64,000 nucleotides of DNA, taken from an uncultured Pseudomonadota bacterium. Its GTDB lineage: Bacteria > Pseudomonadota > Gammaproteobacteria > Methylococcales > Methylomonadaceae. The notes under the pieces were generated by a model that did not search any database, was not told the DNA's origin, and saw only the letters and a program-made list of their open reading frames with translations. The stretch spans positions 2,837 through 66,836 of the forward strand of contig CAIYSZ010000028.1 of NCBI GenBank assembly GCA_903928965.1. Reading direction: 5' to 3'. A program made the translations under genes and the position numbers. Position 1 is the first letter of the stretch. Every line of letters starts with the position of its first letter. Below are positions 41,889-49,194 of the stretch, piece by piece.

Positions 41889-42092
41889 TGCGCCGTTCCG
41901 TTAAAACTCCGTTTCTGGCGTATCCTGCCACCTCCGTTGTAGGGGCCAGTCACTTGACCCTGCCGCTTACCCTGCGTGTGCGCCGTTCCGTTGAAAGTCC
42001 GTTTCTGGCGATTCCAGCCACTTCCGTTGTGGGGGCCAGTCACTTGACCCTGCCGCTTACCCTGCGTGTGCGCCGTTCCGTTGAATATCCGT
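41889..42092. repeat. 90-bp tandem repeat, about 2.3 copies
   Basis: Unit begins TGCGCCGTTCCGTT at 41889, 41979 and 42069. Confidence 0.95.
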
Positions 42093-42226
42093 ATTCGGCA
42101 ATTCCCGTCACATCCCTGATGGAGCCTGTCCTAGACTCGGTTGCTTCCTGCTTACGCCTAATGGTTTATCCTTGGCAAAGCACATCCTTGTGCGGTAATC
42201 CTTTAGTTAAACCGATTCAAACGAGA

Positions 42227-43960
42227 TTATTTCAGCTCGATGATGTCGGTTTTCACGGTTGCAACCGGTCTTACACCCAAGTGGGTGTAACCGTCCGAAC
42301 CAACATGGCTAAGTGGAACCAAGGGGTTGCTGATTTGGAATGGAATGTCCAAAGCCACGCTGCCGCCCACCGGATGCGAAGCGGTAGTGGCGAAAATGCC
42401 TGGATTGCCCCAAGGTTGCGCTACTTGTGGGTTCACGGAAGCACCTACGCGGATGCTGCCCAAGTCATTGGCAAATGTAGTCAGGAAACCTTGGATATCG
42501 CTAGACAGCGGAATGGTAGGGATGCTGCCGGTTGCACCGGTGTAACCCGCGGCGGATTGAAACACCACCTCGCCTTCGGCCCAGAATGGGTAGCTGCCGG
42601 AGGAAACGTTTTCCACGGTTGGCGCGTAGCCGTCGATTTTTACGAAACGCCAGTTAGCGCCAATAGTAGTGTTGGTGCTGGAAAGGTCGTTGGCGGTGGC
42701 GGCGTCTATGGCGATACCCCAGTATTTGGCGCTGTTTGGATTCAGCTTGCTGGTGTTGGCGCCGGTTTGCCAGTCGAACAGCAATGCGCCGGTGTTGTTA
42801 ACGCCGGTGGCGGCGACCACGGCCGGATGCTGAGTGGCGAAAACGGCTTTGGTTTGAGAAGAAGCGGCGGCCGGCGCGGTTGAGTTTTCCGCGTACGGAT
42901 AGTTCAAGAAGGTGGCGTAGGCAGCCGCGCCAACCGCGGCGCCGTTGTTACGGATACCAACCCCGATTGGCGTCAAACCACCGGTAACGGTAGGCGCGGT
43001 AACGCCAGCGGTGGAGGCGAAGGACACCAAGGTTGCGGAAGTGCCATTGCCTAGGTTGACTTCAACGTTGTTCCAGTCGCTGATTTTGCCGGCCAGGACG
43101 GAGGCGACAAAGTCACGGCTTAAGCTAGGCAGGCTGGCGGCGTTGCTGTAATCGCCGATGGTGGTGGTGGCGGGCAATTTACCGTTGGCGATTTGCGCGG
43201 CTTGCAATACTTTATACAAGTCGGTGGTTACGGCGATGCCATAGGTCAAGCCGCCGGTTGGAATGCGTGACAGCGCGGACAAATCGCTAGGCGCCGCGCT
43301 GGTGTTCCAAGGCGAGGTGTTCGCGTTGGTGCTATATTCGGTGGTTTGAGCAGGGTAGTTTCTGGATTGAGAGTTCAATACCAGGGATTCGGAGTCCACG
43401 CCCGTGAAACCGCCGTGTGAAAAATGTTGCACGATGGAAGCCAAACCGCTGGTGGTGGTGTCAATGACTTGACCCCAGGAGCCGTCGATGGTGTTTTGAG
43501 TCCAGTTGCCGTAGCTGGCGGTGTTGCCTTGGGAGGCGTTAGCGGTTGGAGTATTGAAAATATACAGTTGGTCGATGGCGGTGCCGGCCAGGACTGGAAT
43601 CACGCCATAGCCCGCGGCGCCGCGCGAACGTTTGCCAAAATAGATTTTTTTGCCTTGCAGGTTGGCCGGCAGGTTGCTGCTACCGATGAAGTAATAACCT
43701 GTGAAGTTGGAGCCCCAGCTGCCAGAGGCTTGGCTGGTGGTGGTGGCGTCGCGGAACACATCCAAAGTGCCGGTTGCCGCCAAGGTGTTTTTCACTACGT
43801 CGTCAATGGCTGAGTCTTGCGCCGCGCCGCCGGAGGCGAAAATCACGTAATCCGGGGTGGCGTAGCCGGAGGTCCAAGGGGTAATGGCGGAAGCTGAGTT
43901 AGCGCCGGCCAATAAGGCCACGGCGATACCTAGTTTATTTAAAGTGTGTGTGTGTTTCAT
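42227..43960 (-). CDS. Secreted 577-aa protein with PstS/PBP-like motifs; no Cys and no internal Met
   Basis: Signal peptide ending ASA; LSRDFVASVLAGKISDW and KIDGYAPTVENVSSGSYPFW resemble periplasmic-binding-protein motifs. Confidence 0.85.
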   Translation of the reverse strand: MKHTHTLNKLGIAVALLAGANSASAITPWTSGYATPDYVIFASGGAAQDSAIDDVVKNTLAATGTLDVFRDATTTSQASGSWGSNFTGYYFIGSSNLPANLQGKKIYFGKRSRGAAGYGVIPVLAGTAIDQLYIFNTPTANASQGNTASYGNWTQNTIDGSWGQVIDTTTSGLASIVQHFSHGGFTGVDSESLVLNSQSRNYPAQTTEYSTNANTSPWNTSAAPSDLSALSRIPTGGLTYGIAVTTDLYKVLQAAQIANGKLPATTTIGDYSNAASLPSLSRDFVASVLAGKISDWNNVEVNLGNGTSATLVSFASTAGVTAPTVTGGLTPIGVGIRNNGAAVGAAAYATFLNYPYAENSTAPAAASSQTKAVFATQHPAVVAATGVNNTGALLFDWQTGANTSKLNPNSAKYWGIAIDAATANDLSSTNTTIGANWRFVKIDGYAPTVENVSSGSYPFWAEGEVVFQSAAGYTGATGSIPTIPLSSDIQGFLTTFANDLGSIRVGASVNPQVAQPWGNPGIFATTASHPVGGSVALDIPFQISNPLVPLSHVGSDGYTHLGVRPVATVKTDIIELK

Positions 43961-44022
43961 GTTTTAAACTCCAAAATTGAATGACGGCGATTCCTTGGAA
44001 TCCTTGGAATCGCCTGGTTTTA

Positions 44023-44922
44023 TTAGGCTTTAGTGCGTGAAGATTTGCGGCTCAAGCCCAGAGCGCCGCACAAACCGGACAAGAACAACCAAACGCCGGC
44101 GGGAACCGGAACCGAGCTTGCGCCAACCGGGTTATAGGTCAAAACGTCATTAGCGTTTAGGCTGAAGGTGCCCAATTTGCTAACAATGTTGGTGTCCGCG
44201 CCGTCGCCCAGCAGACCGTTTTGGTTGGTGACGAAGTAGAACGGAACCGAGTTAGCGCCGATGGTGCCTTCATAGGGAAACAAGGCAGAGTAAGCGAACG
44301 CGCCAGTGCCAGCCGCCGGAGCCAATACTTCGTTGCTGACGGCGTTCAACTTGGTCAAGCTGACGTTGGTCGCCGAAATGGCGCCGCCCACGGAGTCGGT
44401 GTTGACCGAAGCTTGTTCGTTTAAGCCGGCCCAACCGGCTAAGTTACCAGACCAAACGGCGGTGCTTTGCTCGGTGGCAACCACGCCCCAAGGCGCTACC
44501 GCGGTTAAAGGATAGCCGCCGGCGACATCATTCAGGTTGGTCAAAGTGTTTTGATCCAATACTGAAGCGCCGACCACGGACCAACTCAAGTGCGCGAGGT
44601 CGCCAGCAATGCTGTTGAAGTCAGCATAGTTGCTCAAGTTCCAGCTCAAGGTGGAGCTTGTGCCTTGGGTGCCGTTGACGAAGCTGGAGTAAGTCAAGCC
44701 GCTGTGGTCCAGGGACAAATCCAACAGAAAGGTTTTACCAAAGTTGGCGGAACCATTTAACTGGTCGTTAACCGCCAACAAGATGGAAGAACCCGCGCCA
44801 TTGTTGATTGGGGTTTGTTGCGACGAATCCGATGGATCGTAAGTCAGGGTTAACGCCGCGTTGGCGCTGCCCGCGACTAACGCCAGCGCAATCGCCGCGG
44901 ATAGCTTGTGAATATTTTTCAT
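44023..44922 (-). CDS. Secreted protein with VPxPA/PEP-CTERM-like C-terminal sorting signal
   Basis: Signal peptide ending ANA; C-terminus VPVPAGVWLFLSGLCGALGLSRKSSRTKA. Confidence 0.88.
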   Translation of the reverse strand: MKNIHKLSAAIALALVAGSANAALTLTYDPSDSSQQTPINNGAGSSILLAVNDQLNGSANFGKTFLLDLSLDHSGLTYSSFVNGTQGTSSTLSWNLSNYADFNSIAGDLAHLSWSVVGASVLDQNTLTNLNDVAGGYPLTAVAPWGVVATEQSTAVWSGNLAGWAGLNEQASVNTDSVGGAISATNVSLTKLNAVSNEVLAPAAGTGAFAYSALFPYEGTIGANSVPFYFVTNQNGLLGDGADTNIVSKLGTFSLNANDVLTYNPVGASSVPVPAGVWLFLSGLCGALGLSRKSSRTKA

Positions 44923-44994
44923 AATTTAAACTCTCTTTTTAAAAGTTAGTTAATAATTTTGCAGCAACAATTTCTGTTGTTGCGAAACCAGTAA

Positions 44995-45010
44995 GGCAAT
45001 AAATGTGCCA
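44995..45010 (-). promoter_or_regulatory. Sigma-54 promoter for the two surface-protein genes, with adjacent IHF-like site
   Basis: Minus strand TGGCACATTTATTGCC; AATCAATAATTTA (IHF consensus WATCAAN4TTR) at 45016-45028. Confidence 0.85.
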
Positions 45011-45082
45011 TGTTTTAAATTATTGATTTATAATTTAAATATCTTGTCCTGAAATAGAATGTGTTTTTTGGGAAACAGTTTA

Positions 45083-45109
45083 TGTTGATTTGCTGTTGAT
45101 ATTTCAGCA
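45083..45109. promoter_or_regulatory. Enhancer (UAS) site
   Basis: TGTTGATT-TGC-TGTTGATATTTCAGCA. Confidence 0.7.
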
Positions 45110-45253
45110 GCTTGCGGTATTCGATTCAGTATTATTCAGGAAAAACAAAATCTTATTAAAGTCGGTTGTCTGGTTTTATTGAAAAATTGTTTATTCAAAA
45201 AATATATTCTGTTTTAGCGTATTTTTTCAAAATTAATTTTCGCAATATATGTA

Positions 45254-45469
45254 TCAAAGGATATATTGGTCTTGCTGCGATTTTTCTTGATTTGATTCGT
45301 TAGGTTTTTTGCCTTGGTTAAATCGAAAGCGTTCCCGTTTATCTATTTGTACGATGCGGCCTTCATGCACCACAATTTCCAACGAACCGAAACGGATGTT
45401 TTTTAAAAAACCAATAATTTGAGTTATGGTCTCTTGGTATTCATCGCCATTGGGTAGATTTTGTTCCAT
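45254..45469 (-). CDS. YezD/DUF2292 (OscA-like) small protein
   Basis: FGSLEIVVHEGRIVQIDKRERFRF; this family is typically linked to sulfur-starvation loci. Confidence 0.85.
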   Translation of the reverse strand: MEQNLPNGDEYQETITQIIGFLKNIRFGSLEIVVHEGRIVQIDKRERFRFNQGKKPNESNQEKSQQDQYIL

Positions 45470-45562
45470 ACTGCGCCTATGTTTGCGGCAGTTAGCCGCT
45501 TTTGGTTTTCATTGGATAAAGGAGGGGCGTCCTAAGTTACGATCGTTTCTTTTCTTTAGTAA

Positions 45563-45578
45563 AGCAGTCTTTGTGCCA
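45563..45578 (-). promoter_or_regulatory. Sigma-54 promoter for the oscA-like gene
   Basis: Minus strand TGGCACAAAGACTGCT; degenerate UAS TGCTGATT-AGG-TGTTGAATTTTGGTCA at 45650-45676. Confidence 0.8.
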
Positions 45579-45776
45579 TTTTTATTTATTTGAAATATAA
45601 GGTAAATTTTTCGCATTTACCCTTGCGGTGCTGGGCTTTAAGCAGTTTCTGCTGATTAGGTGTTGAATTTTGGTCAGCGGGCTGTAGAGAAGTTAGCGTT
45701 TAATTTTGATGCCTAAACGTAAAAAAAATCCGGCTTGCGCCGGATGCCCGAAGCGGGAAGGAGACAACACAAAAAA

Positions 45777-46712
45777 TTAGTGTTTGGCCGTGACGCCGCC
45801 GGCATGCGCCGGGTAAACGGCCGAGTTTATTTGCCGGGTCGGGCTAGGATTTTTTTTTACCGGCTCGGATTGCGAATCATGGTGTTGTTGGCCGTCATGT
45901 TTAGGTTCATCGTATTGCACGAATTGGAAACCGTGGCGGCGCGCCAATTCAATGTGTCTTGTCGGGTTGGCGTTGAATAATACGCCTTGACCGCCTAGGG
46001 CGAGCCCGAAGCGGGCGAATTCTTGCGCCTGCTCCTCGAATTCATCGCCTCGTTGTTCATGGTCCGGGGCTTGCAGGCCGATGAAATCGGCGGCGGCGCG
46101 GTTGATGAAGGTTTGCGAGGTTTTGTCCAGGCTGCCCGCCGTGAACTTTAGCGCCAGGCGGTAGCCGCGGCGTTGGTAGTTTTCCAAGCCTTTCAGCAGA
46201 ATGGGGTAAAGCCGTAAATAGTCTTGGTCCACCGTGAGTACGATGACGATATTGCCGGTGTGCAGGCCGCATTTGTGGATGATTTCTTCAAAGTACGCGC
46301 CGTGATCGGATTTTACGCCGAGTATGTGCCGGGGGTCGACATCCAGAAACAGTAATTCCTCTAGGTGGGCTTGCGGCAGAAAATTCAGCATGTGTACGGT
46401 GCGGGCCAACCGGTCAAAGTCTATGACTGATTGGTATGGCGGATTGCCGCCGATATCGCCGGCCAAAGGCGAGTTTTCGGCCAATAGCGGCGGAAGTTGT
46501 TCCTCGCTGACATTCACGGTTAGTTGGGCGTAGCTGCCGACAGTTATTTCTAGCGCGTCGACGCAGCGGACCGGTTTCAGGCGGCTGCCGATGCGTAGCG
46601 GCCCGAATAGCGCTTGCGCCGCGCCGTCTTGCAGAGTAAAGGCGCGCGAGGTGTTTTTATGTTCTTGTTCCAAACGGTCGTTGAAATATTCGACCAGTTG
46701 TTGTAATGGCAT
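45777..46712 (-). CDS. Degenerate EAL-domain-like protein
   Basis: FDRLARTVHMLNF, LFLDVDPRH, YQRRGYRLAL.F: EAL-fold features without the EAL motif. Confidence 0.65.
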   Translation of the reverse strand: MPLQQLVEYFNDRLEQEHKNTSRAFTLQDGAAQALFGPLRIGSRLKPVRCVDALEITVGSYAQLTVNVSEEQLPPLLAENSPLAGDIGGNPPYQSVIDFDRLARTVHMLNFLPQAHLEELLFLDVDPRHILGVKSDHGAYFEEIIHKCGLHTGNIVIVLTVDQDYLRLYPILLKGLENYQRRGYRLALKFTAGSLDKTSQTFINRAAADFIGLQAPDHEQRGDEFEEQAQEFARFGLALGGQGVLFNANPTRHIELARRHGFQFVQYDEPKHDGQQHHDSQSEPVKKNPSPTRQINSAVYPAHAGGVTAKH

Positions 46713-47262
46713 TCATGGCTCCGGAATGGCTCGAATGTTGGATAAAAAAAGTCGGCGGGAGCGAGTTCCCGCCGAACAACGTCCCTGTTTAACAGCCATA
46801 AGTTGCAAGCTTTAAGGTCAGACTAAGACAGCTAATTAAGCCGCGGGTATAGAGTAAGCGTTTATTAATATTTTTAAAAACGATATAAATAGATTTATAT
46901 ATCTCTTTTTTGAAAAATCCTTAAATTTCAAATACTCGGCATGGATTGGGCCATAGGCTTTTGATTGTGTATATCAAAAAATGTGATATATTTATCTAAT
47001 TTTATAATAAATAATGTTTTTAATGACTTAGGTGATATTTTTGCTTGACATGGATTGAGCTAAACTGTTACTGTAATAAAAAAACAAGCTGACCGGACTT
47101 CCGGAAGCCGTGCCTTTTGGCAAAGCGGAATTCTGAAATCATGTGTGGATAATCTATAAGGAAACAGATTATGAAGCTTGAATTAAAACTTGTAGTTTTT
47201 ATTTATTTTGTCGAAGTTTATTTTTCAATGGTTGCGAGCGGCCGCGCCGCCGAGGCGGCGCA

Positions 47263-48162
47263 ATGACGACGCAAAACCAGGAACCTTGGCGTATCGATTT
47301 TTTGGTCAGTGAATTGCGCCGCTTGCGCTTGACCTCCCTGGAAGCTCGGCAACGCCGCGACCATCCGCCGAAATTGCCCTCGCGTAAGGCATTGACGCAA
47401 ATTGTAGACGATTTGGCGGCGGCTTTGTTTCCCAATCGCTTGGGTCAGCCGGATATCAGCCCGGAAGAGGTGGATTATTTTGTCGGCAATACCTTGGCCT
47501 CGGTGTTAAGACGCTTGAGCCGGCAAATCGCCTTGGAGTTGCAATTTAATGCCGAGCAAAACCAGCAGGTTTTGGACGCGCATGTGGAGGCGTTGGCGCT
47601 GACGCAGCAATTCGCCGCCGGTTTGCCGGATATCCGCGCCTTAATCGATACCGACATCAAAGCCGCGTTTGAGGGCGATCCGGCGGCGCGCAGCATTGAC
47701 GAGGTACTGGTTTGCTATCCCGGCGTCAACGCTATGATGCATCAACGCATCGCGCATCGTTTGTACCGCTTTGGCGCGCATTTGTCCGCGCGCATGATCG
47801 CCGAGATTGCGCATTCAGCCACTGGTATTGACATTCATCCCGGCGCTGAAATCGGCGAGAGTTTTTTTATTGATCACGGCACCGGCGTGGTGATTGGGGA
47901 AACCGCGGTCATTGGGCGGCGGGTGCGTATCTACCAAGCGGTGACTCTGGGCGCCAAACGTTTCGATAAGGACGAGCAGGGGATTCTAGTGAAGGGTAAC
48001 GCCCGGCATCCGATAGTCGAGGACGACGTGGTGATTTATGCCGGCGCAACTATTTTAGGCCGCATCGTGATCGGCCAGGGTTCGGTTATAGGCGGTAACG
48101 TCTGGTTGACGCATAGCGTGCCGCCGGGCAGTCAAGTCACGCAAGCGCATGTGCGCAGCTAG
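47263..48162 (+). CDS. cysE: Serine O-acetyltransferase (CysE/EpsC type)
   Basis: GDPAARS..EVLVCYPG, TGIDIHPGA.IG..FFIDHGTGVVIGET, IYQAVTLGA, RHPIVED. Confidence 0.93.
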   Translation: MTTQNQEPWRIDFLVSELRRLRLTSLEARQRRDHPPKLPSRKALTQIVDDLAAALFPNRLGQPDISPEEVDYFVGNTLASVLRRLSRQIALELQFNAEQNQQVLDAHVEALALTQQFAAGLPDIRALIDTDIKAAFEGDPAARSIDEVLVCYPGVNAMMHQRIAHRLYRFGAHLSARMIAEIAHSATGIDIHPGAEIGESFFIDHGTGVVIGETAVIGRRVRIYQAVTLGAKRFDKDEQGILVKGNARHPIVEDDVVIYAGATILGRIVIGQGSVIGGNVWLTHSVPPGSQVTQAHVRS

Positions 48163-48276
48163 TGTTGCAGGAGGGGTGAAATCTTAGCATTTCGCGTTTG
48201 AACGGCCGGCCGCGGCGTTTTCCTTTCCGCATCCGGTTTTTACATTATCTTTTATTCATAATTATAGGTAACCAAA

Positions 48277-49194
48277 ATGTCAGACATACATCAAGCTCAT
48301 ACCGCGTTAGGCGACGTCGCGGCGCGTACATTATCCAACGCTACTAAAACCGTGCCTATGATGGGGGCCATCACCCCGCGTTGGTTGGTGCATTTGTTGC
48401 AATGGGTGCCGGTTGAAGCCGGTATTTACCGGGTGAACAAAGTCAAAAGCGAAACCAGCATCGCGGTTGATTGTTCCAGTCTGGACGAGAAAGTGCTGCC
48501 GCAAACTTATGTGGATTACGAGGAATGGGGCCGCGAGTACCGCTTGAACGCGGTGAACACGGTGTTGGACGTGCATACTCGGGTAGCGGATTTGTACAGC
48601 AGCCCGCATAACCAAATTCACGAACAATTGCGCTTGACCATCGAAACCGTGAAAGAGCGTCAAGAAAGCGAGTTGATTAATAATGCCGAATACGGTTTGT
48701 TGAACAATGTTTCGCAAAGCCAAAAAGTGTCCACTCGCTCCGGCGCGCCGACTCCGGATGATTTGGACGAGTTGATTTCATTGGTGTGGAAAGAACCGGG
48801 TTTTTTCTTGGCGCATCCTAAAGCCATCGCCGCTTTCGGCCGCGAGGCCACTTGGCGCGGCACCCCGCCTCCGACTGTTAGCTTGTTCGGTTCGCAATTT
48901 TTGACCTGGCGCGGTTTGCCGTTGATTCCGACCGACAAATTGAAAATCGAAAACGGCAAGACCAATATCATTTTGCTGCGCACCGGCGAAAGTCGGCAAG
49001 GGGTGGTCGGTCTGTATCAACCGAATTTGACCGATGAGGTGCACATGGGCTTGTCGGTGCGGTTTATGGGCATTAACCATAAGGCCATCGCTTCTTATTT
49101 GGTGTCTTTGTACTGTTCCTTGGCGGTGTTGACCGAGGATGCCCTGGGCGTACTCGAAAATGTTGATGTAGGCCAATACCATGAGTATAAATAA
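48277..49194 (+). CDS. Family 2A encapsulin shell protein (SrpI-like)
   Basis: TALGDVAARTLSNATKTVPMMGAITPRWLVHLLQWVPVEAGIYRVN, PTPDDLDEL, GLSVRFMGI, ASYLVSLYCSLAVL; 305 aa, between cysE and a desulfurase. Confidence 0.92.
   Translation: MSDIHQAHTALGDVAARTLSNATKTVPMMGAITPRWLVHLLQWVPVEAGIYRVNKVKSETSIAVDCSSLDEKVLPQTYVDYEEWGREYRLNAVNTVLDVHTRVADLYSSPHNQIHEQLRLTIETVKERQESELINNAEYGLLNNVSQSQKVSTRSGAPTPDDLDELISLVWKEPGFFLAHPKAIAAFGREATWRGTPPPTVSLFGSQFLTWRGLPLIPTDKLKIENGKTNIILLRTGESRQGVVGLYQPNLTDEVHMGLSVRFMGINHKAIASYLVSLYCSLAVLTEDALGVLENVDVGQYHEYK

Larger units (their letters stand above)
41722..42226 (-). ncRNA. Candidate CsrB/RsmZ-like CsrA-sequestering RNA, possibly 3'UTR-derived
   Basis: 26 GGA motifs on the minus strand within 41761-42210 (CAGGGAUG, CAGGAAG, AACGGA, AUGGA types), no credible ORF, ends in a terminator. 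Confidence 0.6.

Noticed and set aside
41889-42092. 90-bp repeats as a CRISPR array
   Set aside because: The units repeat over their whole length with no unique spacers, and there are no cas genes.
42130-42200. c-di-GMP-I riboswitch-like words (GGATAAACC...GCGTAAGC...GTCTA)
   Set aside because: The required P2 GAAA tetraloop and pairing could not be built, and the location downstream of a gene fits the GGA-rich element better.
41828-42883. 351-aa plus-strand ORF spanning the 90-bp repeats
   Set aside because: It overlaps the well-supported 577-aa gene antisense and has no recognisable composition. The repeat period is a multiple of 3, which explains the open frame. The minus-strand repeat frame has no start codon.
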